The notes under the pieces: model-generated
Seen by the model: the letters and a program-made list of their open reading frames with translations, nothing else
Database searches by the model: none
Told to the model about the DNA's origin: nothing
Shown here: positions 10,208 to 18,959 of the stretch, piece after piece
How the letters are laid out: each line of letters begins with the position of its first letter
Numbering within the stretch: the stretch's first letter is position 1
Position numbers and translations under genes: made by a program
Source: a virus
Lineage: Duplodnaviria; Caudoviricetes
Direction: 5' to 3' (one strand)
Virus record (IMG/VR): IMGVR_UViG_3300032278_002689
Span: 1-59,083 of that record
Length of the DNA stretch: 59,083 bases

Positions 10208-10800
10208 TGACTTTCAGTTCAGATAAATTCAGAAATAACTTAATGTTTCATGGTGGTCCCGCACCAGTCAATAGATATGAAGTTTATATTCCGAGAAGAG
10301 GTGGACAACATAGTTCATTAACTCTTCGGTGTGAACAAGCAGAACTTCCTGGTAAAACCATACTCACCGTTGAAGATAAATTATATGGACCCGTAAGAAA
10401 AATCGGTTATGGTCAAATGTTTATTGATACTACAATGACATTTATTTGCACAGCAGACGGTTGGGAAGAAAAAGAATTTTTTGATAATTGGCAAAATGAT
10501 ATAGTTGATCCTGATTTATATGATGCTAATTACTATGAAAATTATATAACTAATATTCAATTAAAAACGTTTACAGAAGGAAATGTACCAAGTTATAAAA
10601 TAAGTTTTATGGAAGCATATCCTTTAAATGTAGGAGCAATAAATTTGGGATGGGGTCAAAATAATGAATATGCAAGACTTAGTGTTACATTCGCATATCG
10701 AAGATGGAAACAAATAAAAGAGAAAGTGACACACAGTACCACCAACGAACTAGTAGGACTGGATAACTTTGGTTCTATAGATAGTTCGGGTATTTCGTAA
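10207..10800 (+). CDS. gp54: Tail tube initiator / gp54- or gp19-like tube-fold protein
   Basis: NRYEV...CEQAELPGK...FFDNWQ...EAYPLNVGAINLGW...LSVTFAYRRW. Confidence 0.72.
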   Translation: MTFSSDKFRNNLMFHGGPAPVNRYEVYIPRRGGQHSSLTLRCEQAELPGKTILTVEDKLYGPVRKIGYGQMFIDTTMTFICTADGWEEKEFFDNWQNDIVDPDLYDANYYENYITNIQLKTFTEGNVPSYKISFMEAYPLNVGAINLGWGQNNEYARLSVTFAYRRWKQIKEKVTHSTTNELVGLDNFGSIDSSGIS

Positions 10801-10833
10801 TCACAATAAAAAATAATAAAAAATGGAGATATA

Positions 10834-11580
10834 ATGAGTTTACCTGTAATTGATACACCAACGTTTGAAATGAACTTGCTGTCAATAAAAAATACAATAA
10901 AATATAGACCCTTTTTAGTCAAAGAAGAAAAACTTCTATTAATGGCAATGGAAGCAGGAGATCAAGAAGAGGTAATAAACACTTCAAAACAAATAATTAA
11001 TAATTGTATTTTATCTGAAAATGTTGATGCTGATAAATTACCATTATTTGATTTACAAATGGCTTTATTAAATATAAGGTCAAAATCTGTTGGTGAAGAA
11101 ATTGAGATAGAAATGGGGCATTTTGAAGGAAAAAATAGTAACGAAAAGGAATGTGATGGAAGAAGCAATATAAAAATAAATCTATCTGATTTAAAACTTA
11201 CTACGCATGATGATCATTCTAAACACGTTAAATTGACAGATAAAATTTCAATTGATATGAAATATCCAACTATGTCTGTTTACGGTCGTATGGCGGCAAT
11301 GGATGGTGCAGAGGATGCTTCAACTGTAAGCGAATTATTTAATATTATCATTGATTGTATTGATAACATATATTCTGGTGACGAAATTTTTAGTGCAAAT
11401 GATCATACTAAAGAAGAAATGACTGATTTTGTTAATAGCTTATCAAGTGATCAGTTTGAAAAACTTAAAACATTTTTCAATACAATGCCTGCTCTAATAT
11501 ATGATATCCAATTTACTTGTTCGAAATGCAAATGTGTGGAAAAACAAACTTTAAACGGAGTTGCCGATTTTTTTTTATGA
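10834..11580 (+). CDS. gp26: Baseplate hub assembly chaperone gp26
   Basis: MSLPVIDTPTF...YRPFLVKEEKLLL...LFDL...IRSKSVGE...MKYP...FFNTMP...CSKC...GVADFF. Confidence 0.9.
   Translation: MSLPVIDTPTFEMNLLSIKNTIKYRPFLVKEEKLLLMAMEAGDQEEVINTSKQIINNCILSENVDADKLPLFDLQMALLNIRSKSVGEEIEIEMGHFEGKNSNEKECDGRSNIKINLSDLKLTTHDDHSKHVKLTDKISIDMKYPTMSVYGRMAAMDGAEDASTVSELFNIIIDCIDNIYSGDEIFSANDHTKEEMTDFVNSLSSDQFEKLKTFFNTMPALIYDIQFTCSKCKCVEKQTLNGVADFFL
11568..11577 (+). promoter_or_regulatory. Candidate -1 ribosomal frameshift slippery site (T9 then A)
   Basis: GAT TTT TTT TTA TGA at the gp26 end; the -1 frame is open and is the gp51 frame. Confidence 0.5.
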
Positions 11581-11765
11581 TATGTAGTCATAATAATTTA
11601 TCAAACTATTATCAATTAAACTTTCAATTAATGCAACATCATAAATATAATTTAACTGAGATAGAAAATCTAATACCTTTTGAAAGAGACATTTACGTAG
11701 AAATGTTAATAAATCATATAGAAGAAGAAAACAGAAAAAATGAAGAACAATCAAGAAGGCGCTAA
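11577..11765 (+). CDS. gp51: Baseplate hub assembly catalyst gp51
   Basis: NLSNYYQLNFQLMQHHKYNLTEIENLIPFERDIYVEML. ATG 11577 overlaps the gp26 TGA. Confidence 0.88.
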   Translation: MICSHNNLSNYYQLNFQLMQHHKYNLTEIENLIPFERDIYVEMLINHIEEENRKNEEQSRRR

Positions 11766-13618
11766 TGGCACGTAAACCCCACAACTATGCACATTTTCAA
11801 AACCTTGTTAATGAACTTAAAGAACAGAATGAAAATAATATTGCAGGTCTTCAGACACATTTAGAAGTACAAACTGATGTGCTACTAAGCATGAAAGGGT
11901 TCATGCTGAAGGGAATACAAGCAGATGAAGCAGATTTAAGAAGAGAAAAAGAAGAACGGATTGAAGGAAAGAACAAAGAGAAATTCGGAGGACTTACGAA
12001 AAAATCTAAATTCGATCTACCAAGATTCTCAGGAAAAGGATTCATGGGAATGTTGGGAAATTTTTTATCTACTGCACTTGTAGGAATACCCGGAGGATTA
12101 AGAAGATTCTTACCACGAAGTTTGGGTTTGATGTTACTCCCTAAATTAGCAAGAGGCATTGCTTTAATGGTTGCAGGACCTTCATTAATTAAAGCATTAG
12201 AAGCAGGATTTGATCAAAAAACATTTTCTGGTGGTGTTACATCATTTATAGATTCATATTTTAGTTCAGGAAGCAAGCCCTATAAGTCTCTTGCTGGGGC
12301 CGCAGGGGGATCTGCCGCGAAAGGTGCTTTAATTGGTTTTGGATTGTTGGGACCAAGAGGAGCAATAATTGCTGGAATACTTTCAGGAGCATTGGGTGGA
12401 CTAAATCATATTTTTGCAGAAGATAAATCAAAAATGGACTCACAATTCGTCATGGGAGTAGTAAAAGAAAATTTGATGAAAAATATAAAATTATGGGCTG
12501 GAGGTGCAGGGGCTTTGTTAGGTATGAAGTTAGGAGCGATTGCAGGTCCAGGAGGAATGATAGCTGGGGGAATTCTTGGAGCAGGTATTGGAATAATAGG
12601 AGCAGGCACCCTTAAAGAAATGATGAAAGTAGAAGAAGCCGGAGAAAAAGATGTTGGTAAAGCATTCAGAACAGGCTTAGAAAATTATTTCCTGAGTGAC
12701 GAATTCGATAAATCTTCAATGCCATGGGCAGGGGGAATTTTTGGTGCGGCGGCATTTTCTGCTTTTGGTCCTGCAGGAATGCTTGCTGGTATGATATTGG
12801 GAGCTGGTGCTGGAATATTAGGAGGACCTGTTTTAGCAGAAGCATTGAAAGCTCAAAAATCAGAAGGAGGAGCCCTTGCAGATCACATGAAAGAGCAATT
12901 ATGGATATATTTGAAAAGCAGTCCATATCTAAAACACGCTTTGATAGGTGCTGGACTTTTTGGAGGAGCCGCAATGCTCGGACTTGGACCAGTAGGATTA
13001 ATTGCTGGTATAGTAATAGGTGGCGCAATAGGAATTATTGCAACATGGGTGGGAAAAGCACTAGAGGACCTGATAGGCACAACTGGAGCCAAGAGTATAA
13101 TGGGCAAACTCTTTGGAAAAGAAACATCCGGACTGTCCAAGAAATATCAGCACCTGCGGGATGAACAGGATGAGAGAGAAGCGAAAGCATCGACACATAC
13201 ACTAGGACTTTTGAGGGCTGACCCCTACAAAGGACCATACCAGGAATCACAAAAACTTATAAAAGCATATAAAAGGATTCATAAAGAACGAGGTCTTAGT
13301 TTTAAGGAGTTCGATGCGGGCACCGCCGTTCTGGCGGCAAAAGAAGTTCATACTGGATTGAGAGGTAAAATATTTGGGGGAGACACAGATACGACAAATA
13401 CAGAAGAAGCACAATTTTTAAGATTAAAATTTCTTCGGGAAAAAGTAATTCAACTAGAAAGAGAAAGAGACAAAAAACTTTCACGATCATCCGAAGGAAC
13501 AACAGTCATCGCCAACGATTCAAGTATGAAGATGAATACACATATCTCTCCAGATAACGCCTTTCCAATATTCAGTTCAGGACTGGTTGATCAGATTGGA
13601 TACGGTGTACCAACATGA
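11765..13618 (+). CDS. Probable tape measure protein (gp29 analogue) with glycine-zipper membrane hairpins
   Basis: 617 aa, follows gp26/gp51, coiled N-terminus and four Gly/Ala-rich GPxGxxxGxxxG hydrophobic repeats. Confidence 0.7.
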   Translation: MARKPHNYAHFQNLVNELKEQNENNIAGLQTHLEVQTDVLLSMKGFMLKGIQADEADLRREKEERIEGKNKEKFGGLTKKSKFDLPRFSGKGFMGMLGNFLSTALVGIPGGLRRFLPRSLGLMLLPKLARGIALMVAGPSLIKALEAGFDQKTFSGGVTSFIDSYFSSGSKPYKSLAGAAGGSAAKGALIGFGLLGPRGAIIAGILSGALGGLNHIFAEDKSKMDSQFVMGVVKENLMKNIKLWAGGAGALLGMKLGAIAGPGGMIAGGILGAGIGIIGAGTLKEMMKVEEAGEKDVGKAFRTGLENYFLSDEFDKSSMPWAGGIFGAAAFSAFGPAGMLAGMILGAGAGILGGPVLAEALKAQKSEGGALADHMKEQLWIYLKSSPYLKHALIGAGLFGGAAMLGLGPVGLIAGIVIGGAIGIIATWVGKALEDLIGTTGAKSIMGKLFGKETSGLSKKYQHLRDEQDEREAKASTHTLGLLRADPYKGPYQESQKLIKAYKRIHKERGLSFKEFDAGTAVLAAKEVHTGLRGKIFGGDTDTTNTEEAQFLRLKFLREKVIQLERERDKKLSRSSEGTTVIANDSSMKMNTHISPDNAFPIFSSGLVDQIGYGVPT

Positions 13619-13653
13619 GTTTGTTCAATGACATTAATCAAAGAACAAACTCA
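13616..13653. terminator. Hairpin between convergent tape measure and gp32 genes
   Basis: TGAGTTTGTTC (13616-26) pairs perfectly with GAACAAACTCA (13643-53), with an inner TGA/TCA pair. U-tracts are weak on both strands. Confidence 0.6.
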
Positions 13654-13662
13654 AAAATATGT

Positions 13663-14553
13663 TTAGTTATCTTCTGCTAATTTTGCAAAATAAGACATAT
13701 CCTCATCTTCTCCTTCAGAAGATGTTTCTTTATTCGTTGGAGGAGTAAAATCTTCTTCTGCTGTTTTTGGTTTAGAAACAGGAGAACGCCCCTCAGGAAG
13801 AGTAGTTTCTACTATAAGAACAGAATCCAATCTCGCTTTCAAATCTTCATAAGACTTAAATTGATCATCACCAGTAAACTCTGTAAGAGCATACTCTGAA
13901 TTCCAAATCTTTTCAAGTTCAGTTTCATCTTCTACGAGTTGTGTGCTTTTATCAAATTCACTCTTATCGTAATTTCGATAACCTTCAACTTGACGAATCT
14001 TTAATTTGAAGTTTGCCCCCTCCCAAAGATCAAATGGATTGACAGGAGATTCATCTTCAAATTCGGGATTCATCACATCATTAACCTTATCGAAAATCTT
14101 CTTCCCAAATTTATACAAAAAGACTTTCCCCTCGTTCTGAGGATTCTTTGAATCAGTAACAACATAGATGTTGCTGATGTAAGTTAAGCGGCGCTTTTGC
14201 TTACGAGCAATATCTTTGTTCGCCTCTATTCCAGAATTCCAGAGTTGAGAATTATACTCTGAAACAGGATCTTTCTTACCAAGAGTTGTCAAAGAATTTT
14301 CAATGTACCATTGTCCTGTTGGTCCTTGAAAACCATGATTAAAAACTCTTGCCCATGGAACATCTTCTCCATCTACTGGAGGAAGAAATCGAATAACTGC
14401 AAATCCGTTTCCAGACTTGTCGATTTCAGGTTTCCAAAATCGATCATCAACATAACTCTTTGATTCAGAAGGAGTATCAATCTTCTCAATTTCTTTGTGA
14501 AGATTTTCCATGAAGGATTTGCGGGATTTCTTGAGTGCGTTTAGTGTAGCCAT
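13663..14553 (-). CDS. gp32: Single-stranded DNA-binding protein gp32
   Basis: DDRFWKPEIDKSGNGFAVIRFLP...WYIENSLTTLG...GANFKLKIR...NYDKSEF; acidic tail DEDMSYFAKLAEDN. Confidence 0.97.
   Translation of the reverse strand: MATLNALKKSRKSFMENLHKEIEKIDTPSESKSYVDDRFWKPEIDKSGNGFAVIRFLPPVDGEDVPWARVFNHGFQGPTGQWYIENSLTTLGKKDPVSEYNSQLWNSGIEANKDIARKQKRRLTYISNIYVVTDSKNPQNEGKVFLYKFGKKIFDKVNDVMNPEFEDESPVNPFDLWEGANFKLKIRQVEGYRNYDKSEFDKSTQLVEDETELEKIWNSEYALTEFTGDDQFKSYEDLKARLDSVLIVETTLPEGRSPVSKPKTAEEDFTPPTNKETSSEGEDEDMSYFAKLAEDN
13826..13862. repeat. 37-nt exact direct repeat, copy 1 (inside gp32)
   Basis: TCCAATCTCGCTTTCAAATCTTCATAAGACTTAAATT, identical to 33730-33766. Confidence 0.95.
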
Positions 14554-14593
14554 ATTTACCTTTCGTATATCGGAATATTCGTTGTATATTAAA

Positions 14594-15184
14594 TTAAATT
14601 TTGTCTCGTAAAATCTTACGAAACTTCGTCTTATCCACCTCCAAAAATGGAGTGTATTTCAAAACTTTATCTCTAAACTGGGGCCAGACAAAAGTTTCTT
14701 TTATCTTTCGATCCCAGTCAGGAACAAAGTTAAGTATCATATTAAGTATGGAAAAAGTTTCCATACAAATATATTTAGCAATCGTTTGTTTTAATAATAA
14801 AGGATGTTGACCCTTTTTAATTTTGAACCAATTTTCAAAATCTTCTTTGATCAACAATTTATCAATATCATTACTAAAAATATAACTCATGCTTTGTATT
14901 CTTTTTTGCCATTCTTTATATTTGAGTTCTGCTTGTGAATCAAGTGCATCACCTATCCACAAATTTTCATTCTCAATAAAGTTAGCAACAAAGAATTTCG
15001 ATATCTCATCATCCTTATAACTTTTAGACAATTTCACAAAAAAGAGTTGATCATTGCGTTTTTTAAAAGCATTAAATGAGATTTTTCTTTTTTTATGCTT
15101 AAAGTAATCATACTTATTAGCATGAAAATGAGTCTTGATTGAAACATATTCTTTATAACAATCAAATGGATCCATTTTTATCAT
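14594..15184 (-). CDS. gp59: Helicase loader gp59
   Basis: FDCYKEYVSIKTHF...YDYFK...KRNDQLFFVKL...FFVANF...W...HPLLLK...ETF...KYTPFL; immediately upstream of gp32. Confidence 0.9.
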   Translation of the reverse strand: MIKMDPFDCYKEYVSIKTHFHANKYDYFKHKKRKISFNAFKKRNDQLFFVKLSKSYKDDEISKFFVANFIENENLWIGDALDSQAELKYKEWQKRIQSMSYIFSNDIDKLLIKEDFENWFKIKKGQHPLLLKQTIAKYICMETFSILNMILNFVPDWDRKIKETFVWPQFRDKVLKYTPFLEVDKTKFRKILRDKI

Positions 15185-15405
15185 AGTCCTGGTATTGTAG
15201 CAGTTTTTGGGAGATAATGCAAGGCTGTAACCTCTTCTCTTAATTTAGCTTTCAAAGAACCCTGAACAAGTTTTCCAACTGTTTGTGGTTCCATTTTTGT
15301 TTCTTCACAATAATAGGATATTGCATCCAAGTATGTCATTTTTTTACTACTAACAATGTCTTCTATAATAATTGCAAAGTCTAGAGGTTTTATTGTTTTA
15401 ATCAT
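15181..15405 (-). CDS. gp33: Late transcription co-activator gp33
   Basis: IEDIV...MTYLDAISYYCEE...KLVQGSLKAKLREE...LHYLPK; T4 33-59-32 order. Confidence 0.88.
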   Translation of the reverse strand: MIKTIKPLDFAIIIEDIVSSKKMTYLDAISYYCEETKMEPQTVGKLVQGSLKAKLREEVTALHYLPKTATIPGL

Positions 15406-18400
15406 TATTGTTTTTTTTCGATCTGAGTTAACACATACTTCTTATCGAATTCCGCCTCTTTATCTCTTATTTTATTACGATTGAACTTATCCCTTCTCAT
15501 CGTAGTATTATCTAAACTTTTTTTTACTTCTTCAATAGCATCATATACTTTTTCTGGTGTAATATTTTTAGAACATTCAAACATTCTATCAGTATTTTTG
15601 TGATCTGGACACCAGATCCAATCACTAGGATCAAATTTATGTCGATTATAGCAACTATTACAGCCCGCATCACTATGAAGTCTAAAACATTTTGAGGAGA
15701 ATTCTGATTTAGGATTACTAAACCCCGATATTAATATTACATATTTATTTAAAGCCCAGGCCAACCATGATAGTCCAGAACCCAATCCAATAAAAAACTC
15801 GGCGCCATCTAAAGTAGCTATTGTTTGATCTAAAGTTCGTTCATGTCTGCCTATCACATTTTTGGGTGCTTTATTAAAATATTCTCCTTGTCCAAAAGAA
15901 TGGTATTTATCTATACATACTATATTATAACCCTTTTCGGATAAAAAGTCAACCACTTTGTCCCAGCCACCTGGATAATTCCAATATTTTGCTTGAGCAG
16001 TTGCTTGAGTGGCGATACAAACATAGGGTTTTTCCAATTCTGTTTCTGTTTCTTTAACTTTTATTTCACATTTTGTTTCTTTAAAATCTTTAATTCCAAG
16101 AATACCCGCACATAATCCCTGCAAAGAAACTTCTTTCATATCCACAGGCGATTGAGGACTAGTCTCAAAAAAACCTATTCTATAAGAAGATACAAAATCA
16201 TTAAATCCAGATTCAGGAGTTATAAAGGTTGTTTCGGAATATGAATCTATCAAATACTCATTCCAAAATGTACTACAATACATTTTACAATTATGTTTTT
16301 TACGAAATTCTTCAACAACTGGCATCCAAGCTAAAGTGTCTCCTAATGCTATTGAATCAAACCAAATAAAAATATTTTTATTTCTAAAATCTTGTTCATA
16401 CTCAAATTCTATATTTTCTGTTTCGATATTTATTGCTTCAACTTTCCAATTTACATAATAATCAATACCACAAGCGGCCCATCCCCCAGTAGAAACCTCA
16501 TTTGAATAATGACTAAAATTTGTATCCTTATCAATAAAATTGACTCTATAAGTTCCAGGAATAGATCCTCTAATAGTCAAATGGGGATTTTTTTGCATAT
16601 TTAATTCAAAAACATTTTTTCCCTCTATGCTTGTATTCTGATATGCAAACATTAGCCGATCTTTCATATCAAAGGGCTTGGTATATTTTAACTCTTTTGC
16701 TTCATAATAATATTTTTCTAATTCATCAAAAATATTTTCCCAATCTCTTTCTTTTGCAAACTCTCTTGCATTTTTAGAACATTCATCATAATTATCTAAA
16801 ACTTCTTTAACCTTTTCAACAATAACATCAACATCCCTTGTACATATTGTTAACCCCTTTACATGTATGTCATCTTGCATTGTTCCGACTACAGGCAAAC
16901 CACAGGCCATTGCTTCAAGAACTGCAAGACAAGGCTGACCCGTCTCTATAGATGCTGGATGTATCATCACGTGGTGTTCATTTAATAAATTTCTTAGTTC
17001 ATCTTTATCTACATTACCAGCAAGATGTACATCAATTGGATTTCCTTTTCCAATAATCGACAAGTCCTGGGGTGGATTTGCAGTTATGTGTTTTTTGCAA
17101 TCATTTACAATATCATAAAATTTCTTATTATAATCCTCATGTATTGAATCTGGACCAACAATTGTTATGGGAAGTCCTAATTTTTTTGCCGCTTGAATTG
17201 CTAAGTGAAATCCTTTTCTCTCATCTCCTCCCCCCACACAAATTAATCGTATATCTTTTTTATTTTCATACGGAAAGAAATAATTTGTATTTACACCGTG
17301 ATGCAATCTTCTCAATTTTTCTGGATATAGAAAAAAATCTATCATATCTTCAGTTGGAATTAAACTGAATAAAGAGTTTTTTATAGTTTCATTATTTGTC
17401 ATATAATAATGCGAATTTTTTCCATGTATTTTTACAAAAGCATCATGCATTGTAAAAATATAAGGTATACATCTATCTCTCAACAAATTCCAAAAACCAC
17501 CAGTATGATTATGAAACACATCATATTTTTCTAAATCACTTTGTGTTATATCATCTAACCATTTCAAACTTACTTCGTGTCCTCTGCCTTTTGCTACTCT
17601 CATGTACTGATATATGACTTCTTCTAATCCCCCATATCCTTTTGGAGGAATATCAAGACCACAACCAACATGTACTTGCATTATTTTTAAATTATTTTCT
17701 TCTTCTTTTTTATCTTGTGCATCATAAACATGTACATTTTGTGTGGGCAAAATAATTTCAGACACTTCTGTTATTTGCTGATTATCAGAAACAAAATGTA
17801 TTCGATTATCTTGTGCATACCAAAAAACACTTCGACCATCTGATGTAATAACCTCTTTTATGTCTTCAATATTATTAGATTGTTTACGATTATTTTCGTG
17901 TAAATGAGTATTATCTGAAAAAAAACTTATTTCATAATTACTTGAAGGTAATTTGGATATAATGTTCGATATTGTTTCTGGAGTATCTATTAAATTTATT
18001 TTAACAAAAAAGTAAGAAATGTCTTTCAAGTGTTTATCAAAAACTATATCATGATCGAAAAATAAATGTTTTACTTTTGATATTTGTTCTGAAGTATAAT
18101 CAAAATTTAAAAAACTTACAAGTTTTCTTTCTGTTTCATAATTTAATTTACTTAAATAGGTAGATTCTGCTAAATCATAGATATCATCAAAATACTTAAT
18201 ATTTCTAGGATACTCTAGAATAAAATTCTTTCTTTCTTCTTTTTCATTTATAACTAATTGTGCTTCCCCACGAGGATTCCAATTTCTAAAATTTTCAGAC
18301 TCTCCGTGTTCTCTTGCAAGATACGTTGTTCTAGGTATTGTTAACCATTTTCCATATCTTTCTAAGTTCAAAAGCCACTGTCCATCATTTGATAAACAAG

Positions 18401-18959
18401 CATCACCATCTTTATGTTCTGGAAAACGTAATGCTGGTAAGTTTTTAAATATTCTTAAATACCCAAAAATATTTGATCGTTGAGGCCACAACTTTTCAAA
18501 TCCTTCTAAAAAAGAATTATTATCCCTTGTCATGTATACATTGTCTTTAAAATTATCACAGAGATTGCTTGAATTCTTAGGCAGGTCGTTATAATATTTG
18601 TTTGCATTAAAATGAAGCAAGACTGCTTCTGGAAACAAATTAAAATAATGAATTATTTTTTCAAAGGTTCCTGGTAGAATTACATCATCAGCATCTAAAT
18701 GACATACAATATCACCAATAGCAGGAAGTTGTGGATTCCACCAAATTTCTTTCTTATGTTTAGGCTCTACTATTCTTATTCTGTTATCCGCTCTTTTTAA
18801 TTTTTCCATTATTGAGCGAGTATTATCAGAAGAAAAATCATCAGCAAGAATCCATTCCCAATGATCATAATTTTGATAAAGAACAGAACCCGCCAATTCT
18901 TCTAAATAAGTCTCAGCATTATAACAGGAAGTCACAAGAGACAGTTTAAAACTCTTCAT
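15405..18959 (-). CDS. Multidomain glycosyltransferase: GT2 + GT4 + TibC/Aah-like protein O-heptosyltransferase (GT9-like)
   Basis: GT2: SLVTSCYNAETYL...ADDFSSD...HLDADD. GT4: PPKGYGGLEE...RKGFHL...LEAMACGLPVV. TibC-like: DSIALGDTLAW...FIGLGSGLSWLAW...ISGFS...CNSC...WCP...FECSKNI. Confidence 0.85.
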   Translation of the reverse strand: MKSFKLSLVTSCYNAETYLEELAGSVLYQNYDHWEWILADDFSSDNTRSIMEKLKRADNRIRIVEPKHKKEIWWNPQLPAIGDIVCHLDADDVILPGTFEKIIHYFNLFPEAVLLHFNANKYYNDLPKNSSNLCDNFKDNVYMTRDNNSFLEGFEKLWPQRSNIFGYLRIFKNLPALRFPEHKDGDACLSNDGQWLLNLERYGKWLTIPRTTYLAREHGESENFRNWNPRGEAQLVINEKEERKNFILEYPRNIKYFDDIYDLAESTYLSKLNYETERKLVSFLNFDYTSEQISKVKHLFFDHDIVFDKHLKDISYFFVKINLIDTPETISNIISKLPSSNYEISFFSDNTHLHENNRKQSNNIEDIKEVITSDGRSVFWYAQDNRIHFVSDNQQITEVSEIILPTQNVHVYDAQDKKEEENNLKIMQVHVGCGLDIPPKGYGGLEEVIYQYMRVAKGRGHEVSLKWLDDITQSDLEKYDVFHNHTGGFWNLLRDRCIPYIFTMHDAFVKIHGKNSHYYMTNNETIKNSLFSLIPTEDMIDFFLYPEKLRRLHHGVNTNYFFPYENKKDIRLICVGGGDERKGFHLAIQAAKKLGLPITIVGPDSIHEDYNKKFYDIVNDCKKHITANPPQDLSIIGKGNPIDVHLAGNVDKDELRNLLNEHHVMIHPASIETGQPCLAVLEAMACGLPVVGTMQDDIHVKGLTICTRDVDVIVEKVKEVLDNYDECSKNAREFAKERDWENIFDELEKYYYEAKELKYTKPFDMKDRLMFAYQNTSIEGKNVFELNMQKNPHLTIRGSIPGTYRVNFIDKDTNFSHYSNEVSTGGWAACGIDYYVNWKVEAINIETENIEFEYEQDFRNKNIFIWFDSIALGDTLAWMPVVEEFRKKHNCKMYCSTFWNEYLIDSYSETTFITPESGFNDFVSSYRIGFFETSPQSPVDMKEVSLQGLCAGILGIKDFKETKCEIKVKETETELEKPYVCIATQATAQAKYWNYPGGWDKVVDFLSEKGYNIVCIDKYHSFGQGEYFNKAPKNVIGRHERTLDQTIATLDGAEFFIGLGSGLSWLAWALNKYVILISGFSNPKSEFSSKCFRLHSDAGCNSCYNRHKFDPSDWIWCPDHKNTDRMFECSKNITPEKVYDAIEEVKKSLDNTTMRRDKFNRNKIRDKEAEFDKKYVLTQIEKKQ

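Noticed and set aside
11851-13502. Several alternate-frame and antisense ORFs in the tape measure
   Set aside because: A by-product of Gly/Ala codon-rich, stop-poor sequence.
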